Assembly: GCA_965226375.1 (NCBI GenBank)
Contig: CBDDCX010000008.1
Span: 320,001-384,000 of the forward strand
Direction: 5' to 3'
DNA: 64,000 bases
DNA from: Longimicrobiales bacterium
GTDB taxonomy: Bacteria > Gemmatimonadota > Gemmatimonadetes > Longimicrobiales > Gaopeijiaceae
This document shows positions 38,795 through 48,066 of the stretch, one piece after another; positions within the stretch are counted from its first letter, which is position 1, and every line of letters starts with the position of its first letter. A model generated the notes under the pieces. It worked only from the letters and a program-made list of their open reading frames with translations, made no database searches and was not told the DNA's origin. The translations under genes and the position numbers were made by a program.

Positions 38795-38895
38795 CTACTC
38801 GGCTTCCCCTGCCGAAGCCTGCTCCGTCTTCCTGGAGAACTCTACTCCGTCTCCCTGGCGAAGCCTACTCTGCTCGGCTTCCTCGAGCGGAAGCG
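38795..38895. repeat. Degenerate ~23-bp tandem repeat (3-4 units), partly palindromic
   Basis: CTACTCGGCTTCCCCTGCCGAAGC / CTGCTCCGTCTTCCTGGAGAACT / CTACTCCGTCTCCCTGGCGAAGC / CTACTCTGCTCGGCTTCCTCGAGCGGAAGC. Confidence 0.65.
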
Positions 38896-38897
38896 TC

Positions 38898-39779
38898 CTA
38901 AGGGTTTGTGAGCCTCTCGCTCAGGCTGCGGAGCCTTGCCCGGGCCTCCAGTTCATAAGCCTGATCGTGTGCTCGGGCCGGCTGTAAGCCGCGGAAGTAC
39001 TGGCCACTCTCCAGGTCGGGTGAGGTGACGAGCTGGAGTACCGCCTCCGCTCCTTCTCCCACCGTGCTCCGCGGACGGAGCCCTCGCTCCACCACCATGT
39101 CCGTGTCCATGTAGGTGGCCGGATGAAGGCTGTTCACCACGACGCCCGTTCCCTCGAGCTCTACGGCGAGATCGAAGGTGAACATCACCTGGGCGAGTTT
39201 GCTCTGCGCGTAGGCCCGTCCATCGTTGTAGCCGCGCTCGAGCATCACGTCGTCGAAGTCGATTGCACGTTGAGCTGCCGATGCGACGTTCACGATGCGA
39301 GATGGAGCGCTGTCGACGATCAGTGGCAGGAGCAGGCGAGTGAGCAGGTATCCCGAGAGGTAGTTCACCTGAAAGTGCAGCTCGTGACCGTCGTCACTGA
39401 CGGGTCGATCGGCACCCTCGAGCCAAATTCCTGCATTGTTGATGAGGATGTCGAGCTTGTCATAGTCCCGCTGGATGGCCTCCGCGAGTTCCCGAACCTC
39501 GGCGTAGGACCCCAGGTCGGCAGCGTAAAAGCGGGCACTGCCGACTCCGTTACGCTCGATCTCGTCGACCAGGGCCTGACCCCGTTCCCGATTCCTGCCG
39601 TGGACGATGATATGGGCACCGGTTGCTGCCAACCTGCTCGCAACCTCGCGGCCCAATCCCCCCGTCGAGCCGGTGACCAGGATCACCTGTTGCCCCTGTC
39701 CGGCGACAGCAGGCGACGTAGCTGCGGCGGCAAAGAGCCAGATTCCGAAGGAAAGCGCCGCACGCGTCGAGGCGACCAT
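38898..39779 (-). CDS. SDR family oxidoreductase with apparent signal peptide
   Basis: TGSTGGLG, LINNAG, FQVNYL, YAQSK, LHPAT. Confidence 0.9.
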   Translation of the reverse strand: MVASTRAALSFGIWLFAAAATSPAVAGQGQQVILVTGSTGGLGREVASRLAATGAHIIVHGRNRERGQALVDEIERNGVGSARFYAADLGSYAEVRELAEAIQRDYDKLDILINNAGIWLEGADRPVSDDGHELHFQVNYLSGYLLTRLLLPLIVDSAPSRIVNVASAAQRAIDFDDVMLERGYNDGRAYAQSKLAQVMFTFDLAVELEGTGVVVNSLHPATYMDTDMVVERGLRPRSTVGEGAEAVLQLVTSPDLESGQYFRGLQPARAHDQAYELEARARLRSLSERLTNP

Positions 39780-39783
39780 GTGG

Positions 39784-41991
39784 CTACCGTGACAGTAGGT
39801 AGGTGAATTTCAACAACACTTGCCGGTCCCGGACTTCGGAGAGGCCCGACGGGTCCCTCCGCACTTCGTCGAAGACCAGGTAGATATCGCTGCCGGGGCG
39901 ATAGATGTAGTTGAAGCGAGCGCTCGTGCTCCACTGCTCCGACAAGGAGTTGTACTGCGTAACCGTCCGTATCGTCATCTTCGGCGAGAGCGCGAAGTCA
40001 ATGCGTATCGACGCGAGCTCCGCCACGAAGTCACCGGCGGGCAGGTCGACATCGTTCCTCGTGTACTTTCCTTCTGTCGAAAGGCGGTTGGTCAGTCGCA
40101 AGCCCAGAGTCGCGCTTACGTCCGTTCGGTCGCCGTCGTAGAACGTCTGGGGTTTGTATTGAAGGCTGGTGTAGAGACGACGTGACGGATCGCTCGTCAA
40201 CCAGAATTGCCACTCACCAAAGTTGTAGTCTCCGGGTGCGATGATCACGTCAGGCCGGAGGACGAACGGCTCATCGAGCCGCTCGAAGTAGTCGTTGTAC
40301 CAGACGATGAAATAGGCCCCGTTGTCCATCCGGACCCCGATCATGTTGTGGATCCGCCGCGACAGGAGCCGATTATTCTGGTCCGTGGTGTACGTCACGT
40401 TAGCCATGGGCTCGAGCACCCGGATGCCCCAGCGATCGGGCCTTGGATTCCATTCGAGGTGAACCCTGGTCTTGCGAATCCCGATCCTGGGCACGAAGCC
40501 GACCTCAGGATTGAAGTTCTCCTGAAGGTTGGAGTATTCGATGTGGGCCTGGGAGGACTGGTTAAGCCACTCGGCGCGGAAGTGCCCACCCACGTCGTTG
40601 CCCGAGACCCCCGAAGAAGATGTCTTCGCGATGAATCCGTTCATCGCCAAGCTCGGGTGGGGCGCTAGCACGAAATCGGCGCCGAAGGTCCGATTGAAGT
40701 GGTCGCCGCCGACCTCTTCCTTATTGATGACGATGGCGCCGACTTTCGAGCGTGTGAGTATGTCGCGGCTGTAGCGCGCCACCAGGAAGTTCTCGCCGTT
40801 GCGCCCGAACGCGTCGTCGGTCTGAATATCCATGACGGCGATGTTGTTGCGGCCCACCTTACCGGTCAGCCGCGCTCCGCCGAGGATGGGAATCGCATCA
40901 CCGGTGTCCGACAGGCCGATGCGCCGGCTGAAGAACAGGTCGGCGATGCGCTGGAACGTGTTCGTGGTGCCGACGTTGAACTGTCCGGCGTTCTCCAGGA
41001 AGAACTCCCGCTTCTCGGGCAGGAACAGGGCAAAGCGGGTGAGGTTGATCTGCTCGTCGTCCACCTCGGCCTGAGCAAAGTCGGTGTTGACCGTAAGATC
41101 CAGATTGAGTCCGGCTGTCACGCCGTACTTCACGTCGAGGCCCACGTCGCCTTGGCTGGACGTGGTGACGACGTCGTCTTCCGATATCCGACGACCCCCA
41201 CCCACTAAGAACGGCTTGATCCTGAGGTCGAGTCCGCGGTTCAGTGAACGAAGTCCTTGAAGGTCACCGGCCAAGCTCACGCGGGTCAGAGTGTAGGGCT
41301 TGGGGATCGGCGCCCAGAACACCTGCTCGTTCTTACGCCGGATGTTGCGCATGAAGTTGACACCCCAGCTCTGCTGGTCGTTCTCGGGAAATCGGAGTGT
41401 GACCAGGGGGATGGCGATTTCAGCGGTCCAGCCGTCGGGGGTCTGTCTGGTCGCAACGTGCCAGACCCCGTTCCAATCGCGATTGATGTTGGACGAGAGA
41501 CCAAAGGTGCGTCCCTCTCCCTCTTCGAAGACCTGCTGCTCGAGCTTCGCACCCAGAGGGCTCGTCACGAACATGTAGCCCGAGCGGGAGTCTTCAAAGG
41601 TGTCGAGGATGATCTGGAAGTTGTCCTCGTCCAGAATCCGCGGAGAGTCTCGCCGCATCTCGGTCGCGATGATCCCGGCCGGGTCGGAGTCGAACGCCTG
41701 GACCCCTATGTAGAGATTGCTCTCGTCGTATAGGAGGCGGACCTCGGTTCGCTCTGTGGCCGCGGCGCCCTCGTCGGGCTCCTGCTGGATGAACGCGTCG
41801 ATGAGCGCTGCATTGCCCCAGACCCCGTCGGACAGGTCGCCGTCGATGTCCGGTCCCTGCTCGACACGGACCGCCTGGGCCTGATGGGCCCCGTTGGTCT
41901 GCTGGGCTGAGAGGGGGAGGGCGGTGGTGCTGGTAAGGGCCGCGATAGTGCTGAGCAGAAGGGCGCTGAGGCTCGAGGGAAATATGCTCAC
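39784..41991 (-). CDS. CBM9-like + DUF5916 domain exported (probable outer-membrane) protein
   Basis: IDGDLSD.VW, TERTEVR, WTAEIAIP, NTDFAQAEVD, FLPEKREFFLE, FFSRRIG, C-terminal KFTYL. Confidence 0.87.
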   Translation of the reverse strand: MSIFPSSLSALLLSTIAALTSTTALPLSAQQTNGAHQAQAVRVEQGPDIDGDLSDGVWGNAALIDAFIQQEPDEGAAATERTEVRLLYDESNLYIGVQAFDSDPAGIIATEMRRDSPRILDEDNFQIILDTFEDSRSGYMFVTSPLGAKLEQQVFEEGEGRTFGLSSNINRDWNGVWHVATRQTPDGWTAEIAIPLVTLRFPENDQQSWGVNFMRNIRRKNEQVFWAPIPKPYTLTRVSLAGDLQGLRSLNRGLDLRIKPFLVGGGRRISEDDVVTTSSQGDVGLDVKYGVTAGLNLDLTVNTDFAQAEVDDEQINLTRFALFLPEKREFFLENAGQFNVGTTNTFQRIADLFFSRRIGLSDTGDAIPILGGARLTGKVGRNNIAVMDIQTDDAFGRNGENFLVARYSRDILTRSKVGAIVINKEEVGGDHFNRTFGADFVLAPHPSLAMNGFIAKTSSSGVSGNDVGGHFRAEWLNQSSQAHIEYSNLQENFNPEVGFVPRIGIRKTRVHLEWNPRPDRWGIRVLEPMANVTYTTDQNNRLLSRRIHNMIGVRMDNGAYFIVWYNDYFERLDEPFVLRPDVIIAPGDYNFGEWQFWLTSDPSRRLYTSLQYKPQTFYDGDRTDVSATLGLRLTNRLSTEGKYTRNDVDLPAGDFVAELASIRIDFALSPKMTIRTVTQYNSLSEQWSTSARFNYIYRPGSDIYLVFDEVRRDPSGLSEVRDRQVLLKFTYLLSR

Positions 41992-42191
41992 GAGATGGGA
42001 CCTCTCGGATCGTTCTAGGCTCTGGTTCCGTCAACCGAAAACCTCACCGATAGGGGTGGCTCGGTCAACGCCTCCGGGAGGCGGGTGGGTCGGCTCGGAT
42101 CGGCACTGACGGTCCAGAGGGCGCGTTTGCCGAGGATGCATCATCCCCAGCCTCGAACGCCCGAACGAAGACGGACGATGGGATGTCGACC

Positions 42192-42370
42192 TCACGCTTG
42201 TCGCGGGCACCGCTGGTCGAGTAATCGGGCTCGACGCCGTGGAGCCGGTTCTGTTGTCGCATCGCCTCGAGTCTTGCGCCCAACGTCGAGGATCGAGCCG
42301 TCCGGAGCCTCGGTGATCCGGACCACATCAGCATCACAAGACAGCCGCCAAGACGTTTCCGCGGTGGCGC
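42192..42370 (-). pseudogene. Remnant of a DUF222/HNH endonuclease repeat element
   Basis: AETSWRLSCDADVVRITEAPDGSILDVGRKTR matches the conserved pre-HNH segment; flanks are degenerate. Confidence 0.65.
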
Positions 42371-42406
42371 CATACGTATACTTGCTTCGTGATCGTACGT
42401 ACGGCC

Positions 42407-44089
42407 CTACCGCGTACTCTCCCCAGAGCTCCGCGCCGGTGACCGACACTCCGGCCACTCCGCCCCGTCCGCCATCACCCGCCGATCCCTCGGCATACGC
42501 TCCGGATCCTCCGACGCCAGATACACCAGCATGGCCGTCATCACCGCGTCGTCCCGCAGATCCTCGAAGATGATCTTGTCGAACGAGTCGCGGTTCGTGT
42601 GCCACGTGTAGATGCTCGTATCCCACCGGTTGGTGCCCATGGGGAGGTCATCGCTCCGGCCCGCGCCCACGTGGAAGCTGAACGCCGGCACACCTGCGCA
42701 CACGAACGACGCGTGGTCGGTTCCGCCCGACTCGGGGCTCCCCGGAATCTCCAGGGTGACCTGATCGGCATACTCGCTCGGTACGCGGGCGAGCCAATCG
42801 CCGAAGTACCCACCGGCCGCGACGAAGCCCTGCATCGGTATGAAGGTGATTGGCCCCGTCCCGTGATCCGAGTTGAACACGGCATGCGTGCGCTCCAGGA
42901 TCTCGGGGTGGTCCTCCACGAACGCCCGAGATCCGTTCAGGCCTTGTTCCTCGCCGTTCCAGAGCGCGCCGATGATCGTCCGGCGTGGATTGGGGACCGC
43001 GGCCTTCAGGATGCGCATAGCCTCCATGACGGCGACCGAGCCGGTCCCGTTGTCGAGCGTTCCCGAGGAGCCGTCCCATGAGTCGTAATGACCGCCCAAG
43101 ATCACGAATTCCTCCGGCTGGGCAGAGCCCTGGATCCGGGCGATCGTGTTGTAGACGGGCACCTCGCCCAGGAAGCGGGCCTCCGCGTTGACGCGCAGCA
43201 CGGGCTCCTGACCGTTCTCGGCGAGCCGATATATCAACCCGTACGCTTCACAACTCAGGTCGAACACGGGCGCCCGCTCCGCCCGCGTGCCGAAGATCTT
43301 GTTGACGCCCCAACCGGCCGACCATTGCGATCGGATGACCCCGGCGGCTCCGGCCGCCTCGAGTCGCTCGGGCAGCACGCGCCGGTCGACGCCCGTGTTC
43401 TCCTCGCGCTCGCGCCACGCGGCCACGGCTGCCTCCCGCTCCTCGGTCATACGCTTGAGCGTCCCGGGCCGGGCGAACCACTCCAGGTTGTCCTGCGGTC
43501 TGCAGCTCGTCTCCGGGCGGGAGATCAGCACGAACTTGCCGCGCACCTCGGGCAGCCACGCCTCGAACGCCTCGGGGCTGCCCGCCTCGGCCGAGTCCCG
43601 GCCGCCCGCCTCCCGGCCCCCCGCGTCCGGGCTCCCTACGTCGGCCAGGATCACCACGCCCGCCTCTACCGACCCGTCGGTCGCGGGACTCCACGCGGCC
43701 GCCATGCCCTCGAGCGACCGCACCCGCGGAGAAACCAGATCGATGTGGCTGATCCCACGCTCCCAGCTTCGCCAGGTACCATATTGCTCCTTGGTCGCCT
43801 CGATACCCCACTCGCCGTACTTGGCCACGGCCCAATCGTTGGCCCGGGCCATGCCGGGGGATCCCGTGAGGCGCGGCCCGATCGAATCCATCATCACCTG
43901 GCCCAACTCGTAGACCTGCGAGCGCTCCACCCCTTCCTCCCAGATCGCTCGGATGACGGGATCGTCGGACGGGAAGGACTGTGCGGCAGCCGTCTGGGTC
44001 GTGCCCATTTGTGACGGAGTAGCCGGAGCAGCCAGGGTGGAGAGGGACGCCAGCGAGCACGCGAACAGGACTCGGACCGAGGGCCTCAT
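42407..44089 (-). CDS. M28 family peptidase (carboxypeptidase Q-like), exported
   Basis: DSIGPRLTGSP, GGHYDSWD..GTLDNGTG, WNGEEQGL.GS, GGTDHASF, WHTNRD. Confidence 0.92.
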   Translation of the reverse strand: MRPSVRVLFACSLASLSTLAAPATPSQMGTTQTAAAQSFPSDDPVIRAIWEEGVERSQVYELGQVMMDSIGPRLTGSPGMARANDWAVAKYGEWGIEATKEQYGTWRSWERGISHIDLVSPRVRSLEGMAAAWSPATDGSVEAGVVILADVGSPDAGGREAGGRDSAEAGSPEAFEAWLPEVRGKFVLISRPETSCRPQDNLEWFARPGTLKRMTEEREAAVAAWREREENTGVDRRVLPERLEAAGAAGVIRSQWSAGWGVNKIFGTRAERAPVFDLSCEAYGLIYRLAENGQEPVLRVNAEARFLGEVPVYNTIARIQGSAQPEEFVILGGHYDSWDGSSGTLDNGTGSVAVMEAMRILKAAVPNPRRTIIGALWNGEEQGLNGSRAFVEDHPEILERTHAVFNSDHGTGPITFIPMQGFVAAGGYFGDWLARVPSEYADQVTLEIPGSPESGGTDHASFVCAGVPAFSFHVGAGRSDDLPMGTNRWDTSIYTWHTNRDSFDKIIFEDLRDDAVMTAMLVYLASEDPERMPRDRRVMADGAEWPECRSPARSSGESTR

Positions 44090-44294
44090 GGATGCCTCCG
44101 TGAGAGGGTTGGGGCGACGCGAGTGGGGCCGAGCCGATCGCGGGCGACACCATTCGGGCCTGGAGGAAACTAGGGGTGGCGGCGGACCTGGGACACCGCG
44201 CGACGGGGTTGGAGCCGATCCCCCGTTGCATCTTCTCGTCTCACCCCCAACTCTGTCCTTTCGACGCTCACGCAGCCTGAACCCCGGATTCCCC

Positions 44295-45059
44295 ATGCGT
44301 CTCGAAGGCCAACGTGCCCTCGTCACAGGCGGATCGCGCAGCATCGGCCGAGGCCTCGCTCTGGGCCTCGCCCGCGAAGGCGCCGATGTGGCCGTCAACT
44401 TCAAGAGCAGCCGGGAGGACGCCGAGAGCGCCGTCCGCGAGATCGAGGCGTTGGGGCGGCGTGCCACAGCCGTACAGGGCTCCACGGACTCACAGGCCGA
44501 CGTCGAACGGTTCGTCGCACAGGCTGCTGACTTTCTGGGCGGCATCGACCTGTTGGTGAACAACGCGGGCATCCTGAAGCGGACCCCGCTCCTCGACATC
44601 AGCGAGGAGGATTGGGACGCCGTTCTGGACGTCAACCTGAAGGGTTACTTCCTCGTCGGCCAAGCAGTGGCGCGCCGCATGGTCGAGGCCGAGACGCTCG
44701 GCGCCATCGTGAACGTGTCGTCCGCGGGACAGGCAGTGGCCGCCCCCAACCTCACGCACTACTGCGTCGCGAAGGCCGGCGTCGAGATGCTCACCAAGCA
44801 GATGGCGCTCGAGCTCGCACCCCACAAGATCCGGGTCAACTCGATCGCGCCGGGGCTCATCGAGACAGACCTGAACCGCGCCGACCTCGCTCGGGACGAG
44901 TTTCGCGAGCGCCGACTCGCGCGGATCCCACTCAAGGAGATCGGCGTCCCCGAGGACCTCGTAGGTGCTGTAGTGTTTCTCGCGTCGAACGAGGAGGCGC
45001 GCTTGGTGACGGGCGCCTCACTGTTCATCGACGCCGGCCAGACGATCTGGGGTGCGTAG
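44295..45059 (+). CDS. SDR oxidoreductase (glucose 1-dehydrogenase/FabG-like)
   Basis: TGGSRSIG, LVNNAG, YCVAKAG, RVNSIAPG; overlaps dctP start. Confidence 0.9.
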   Translation: MRLEGQRALVTGGSRSIGRGLALGLAREGADVAVNFKSSREDAESAVREIEALGRRATAVQGSTDSQADVERFVAQAADFLGGIDLLVNNAGILKRTPLLDISEEDWDAVLDVNLKGYFLVGQAVARRMVEAETLGAIVNVSSAGQAVAAPNLTHYCVAKAGVEMLTKQMALELAPHKIRVNSIAPGLIETDLNRADLARDEFRERRLARIPLKEIGVPEDLVGAVVFLASNEEARLVTGASLFIDAGQTIWGA

Positions 45060-46092
45060 AGCCTGTTCACTGCTGACCATCCTCGCGGTGGCGGCATGCG
45101 GGGATCCAAGGGCGGGCGCTTCGGACTCGGCCACATGGAGCGTTCGCCTCTCCCACGTCCTTTCGAGCAGCTCGGAGCTCCACCTCATGGCGGAACGCTT
45201 TCGAGACCTCATGCTCGAGCGGACCGACGGGAACTTCCAGGTCGGCATCTACCCGTCGGGACAACTCGGGGGCGAGCGTGTAGCGTTCGAGCAGATCCAG
45301 GTCGGCGCAGTGCACATGGCCATCTCCGGCACCCCTGTGCTTTCGGGTTGGGTCCCCGAAGGACAGATGTTCGACCTCCCATTCCTTTTCGAAACCCGGG
45401 ACCACGGTCTCGCCGTCATGAACGGTCCCATCGGAGACTGGTGGAGAGATCTTCTGCTGGAGCGCACCGGCGTTCGTTCCCTGGGTTTCCTCGATTACGG
45501 CTTCCGCCACGTCTACAACAAGCGGCGAGCCGTCGAGACCCCGGCGGACCTCGACGGCCTCAAGCTCCGCGTCCTTCAGAACGCGACCTATCTGGCTGCC
45601 TATTCGGCGCTGGGCGTCCAGGCCACGCCAATGAACTACGGCGAGGTTTACTCCGCTCTCCAGCAAGGCGTGATCGACGGCGGGGAAGCCAACCCCATCG
45701 GCTTCGTGAGCAGCCGGCTCTACGAGGTGGCCAAGTTCTACAGCTTCACGTCGATCACCTACAACCCGATCACGTTCCTCGTGAACGAGCCGTTCTATCA
45801 GTCGCTCCCGGGCGACATCCGGGACGCCATCGACGAGTCGGCCAGCGAAGCCCTCGCCTACCAGAGCCAGGTTGCTCGCCGGATGGAGACGGATGCCCTG
45901 GAACAGATGCGCGCGAACGACGTTGAGATCTCCCGCCCGGATGTCGCGCCGTTCCTGCCGGCTGTGCGCCCGCGGGTTTGGGACGAGCTGGCGCGTCGGC
46001 TGCCGAACGGGGCGACGCTGATCGCGAGGCTTGTGGAAGCGGTGGGGCGGGCGCCGGTCGGGCCTGGTCGGCCTGGAGTGGCTCAGCCGTGA
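45052..46092 (+). CDS. dctP: TRAP transporter substrate-binding protein DctP
   Basis: YPSGQLGGE, FDLPFLF, GFRH, DLDGLKLR, EVYSALQQGVIDG. Confidence 0.92.
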   Translation: MRRACSLLTILAVAACGDPRAGASDSATWSVRLSHVLSSSSELHLMAERFRDLMLERTDGNFQVGIYPSGQLGGERVAFEQIQVGAVHMAISGTPVLSGWVPEGQMFDLPFLFETRDHGLAVMNGPIGDWWRDLLLERTGVRSLGFLDYGFRHVYNKRRAVETPADLDGLKLRVLQNATYLAAYSALGVQATPMNYGEVYSALQQGVIDGGEANPIGFVSSRLYEVAKFYSFTSITYNPITFLVNEPFYQSLPGDIRDAIDESASEALAYQSQVARRMETDALEQMRANDVEISRPDVAPFLPAVRPRVWDELARRLPNGATLIARLVEAVGRAPVGPGRPGVAQP

Positions 46093-46664
46093 TGCAGCGG
46101 CTGCGAGCGCTCAACCGAATCCTGGTCTCCGCCGAGACCGTCGCCGCCGGCTGCCTGGTCGTGGCCGTCTCGGCAGTGGTCCTTCTCCAGGTCTTGATGC
46201 GATATCTGTTCGCGTATCCCAACCCCTGGAGTGAAGAGGTCTCACGCTTCTGCTTCATCTGGGCGTCCATGCTTGGCGCATCGCTGGCGGTGGAGCACGG
46301 GGCCCACTTCGGGTTCGACCAGGTCACGAAGGGCTTGGCTCGCGGAGTACGGTCCGCGGTGGAGACGTTCGCGACGGCGGTGGTGCTGATCTTCTCAGTG
46401 GTCCTCGTCGTTACGGGCATCGCCCTCATGGCCCTCACGGTGGGGGAGCGCTCTTCGGCCTTGAATCTCCCGGTCGCTTTGGTGTACGCGGCGGTTCCGG
46501 TCTCTGGGGCGTTAATGGTGATCCACCTGCTCGCTGGATACGTAAGGCCGGAGGATGGCGGGGATCCGGGGCCGCAGCACGGGCCGACGGGGCTGACCGG
46601 GTCGAGCGGGCGGACAGGGTTGGCGGGGTCGACGGACCGTCCGCCCACTGAGACGACCACCTGA
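46092..46664 (+). CDS. dctQ: TRAP transporter small permease DctQ
   Basis: QVLMRYLF...WSEEVSRF..IW; four TM segments. Confidence 0.88.
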   Translation: MQRLRALNRILVSAETVAAGCLVVAVSAVVLLQVLMRYLFAYPNPWSEEVSRFCFIWASMLGASLAVEHGAHFGFDQVTKGLARGVRSAVETFATAVVLIFSVVLVVTGIALMALTVGERSSALNLPVALVYAAVPVSGALMVIHLLAGYVRPEDGGDPGPQHGPTGLTGSSGRTGLAGSTDRPPTETTT

Positions 46665-47938
46665 TGGGCGTCCTCCTCCTAGGTACATTCGGCACCCTGG
46701 TCCTGGCCGCCGTTCCCATCGGCTTTGCCCTGGCGACCGCCGCCAGCATCGCGGTCGTTGTGGCCGACCTCCCACTCATCATCATCCCGCAGCAGATCGT
46801 TGCGGGCATGGACTCCTTCCCGATGCTCGCCGTACCGCTCTTTATCCTGGCGGGTTTCCTCATGGACGTGGGCGGGATCAGCCGGCGCCTCGTGACGCTG
46901 GCTAGCTCTCTCGTGGGACACCTCCCCGGGGGACTCGGCCAGGTCGTCATCATGGCCGAGATCTTCTTCTCCGGTGTGTCGGGCTCGACCTCCGCGGACG
47001 CGGCGGCCGTCGGTGGCATCATGGTTCCGCAACTCACGGCCAACGGCTACAGCCGGGCGCGTGCCACGGCCATCGTCTCGGCCGCGTGTGGGATGGGGAT
47101 CCTCATTCCGCCCGCTATCGTCATGGTGGTCTACGGGGTCATCGGTAACGTCTCCGTGGGTGCCTTGTTCGTGGCCTCGATCGCGCCCGCCGCCCTGATC
47201 GCCGTAGGCCTGATGACGCAGATCGGGTGGCAGGCCCGCAGGGAAGGGTGGCCGTCGGCGGAGCGCGCATCGCTCGCCGAGGTGCGACACGCGGCCATCG
47301 ATGCCGTGCTGCCCCTCTTCATGATCGTGGTCATCCTTGGGGGCATCCGCTTCGGCCTGTTCACTCCCACCGAAGCCGCGGCCGTCGCGGTCGCGTATGC
47401 CCTGCTCCTGGCCGGGCCGGTGTATCGAGCGCTACCGGCGGCGGAGCTGTGGAACAAGATCGTCCAGACCGCCATGGTGTCGGGGATGGTCTTGTTCGTG
47501 GTGGGTGCCGCGAGGCTACTGGGATGGGTGCTCGCCGTGATGCAAGTTCCGCAGGCGCTGGCATCCTCGGTGGTGGGGTTGGGAGGGGGCCAGGCGGGCT
47601 TCATGCTCCTCACCATCCTCATCTTCCTCCCCCTCGGCGCCATCCTCGAAGGCGTGCCGGCGGTCGTCCTGCTGACGCCGATCCTTCTGCCCCTGGCGCG
47701 ACAGCTCGGCATCGACCCTGTGCACTACGGCACCGTGATCGTGGCGACCCAGGGAATCTCCGTCTTCCTACCGCCGGTGGGCGTGAGTCTGCTGGTGGCC
47801 TGCTCGGTGGGAGGTGTGGAGCCGGCCGAGGTCGCCCGTCCTCTTTGGCCGTACCTGGCCCTCATGTTGGTGCTCACGGTGGTCATCGCGTTCGTGCCGG
47901 GGGTGGTGTTGTTCCTTCCGAGGCTGCTCGGGTACTGA
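46664..47938 (+). CDS. dctM: TRAP transporter large permease DctM
   Basis: AVPLFILAG, SGSTSADAA, ILIPP, FTPTEAAAVA, GIDPVHYG, PPVG. Confidence 0.93.
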   Translation: MGVLLLGTFGTLVLAAVPIGFALATAASIAVVVADLPLIIIPQQIVAGMDSFPMLAVPLFILAGFLMDVGGISRRLVTLASSLVGHLPGGLGQVVIMAEIFFSGVSGSTSADAAAVGGIMVPQLTANGYSRARATAIVSAACGMGILIPPAIVMVVYGVIGNVSVGALFVASIAPAALIAVGLMTQIGWQARREGWPSAERASLAEVRHAAIDAVLPLFMIVVILGGIRFGLFTPTEAAAVAVAYALLLAGPVYRALPAAELWNKIVQTAMVSGMVLFVVGAARLLGWVLAVMQVPQALASSVVGLGGGQAGFMLLTILIFLPLGAILEGVPAVVLLTPILLPLARQLGIDPVHYGTVIVATQGISVFLPPVGVSLLVACSVGGVEPAEVARPLWPYLALMLVLTVVIAFVPGVVLFLPRLLGY

Positions 47939-48066
47939 GCGCTTGCCGCTACCGGCCTGGGGACGCACTCTGATTCGCGTTTGGGTCGCGACCCGATGCA
48001 ACGTCGATGTGGCTGGGAGGAAGATGTCCGACGATCATGAGCGTCGGGCCCCAATTGCGAGGGATC

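Noticed and set aside
38795..38895. CRISPR array (also considered for 52550-52624)
   Set aside because: Units are adjacent without unique spacers, and there are no cas genes in the window.
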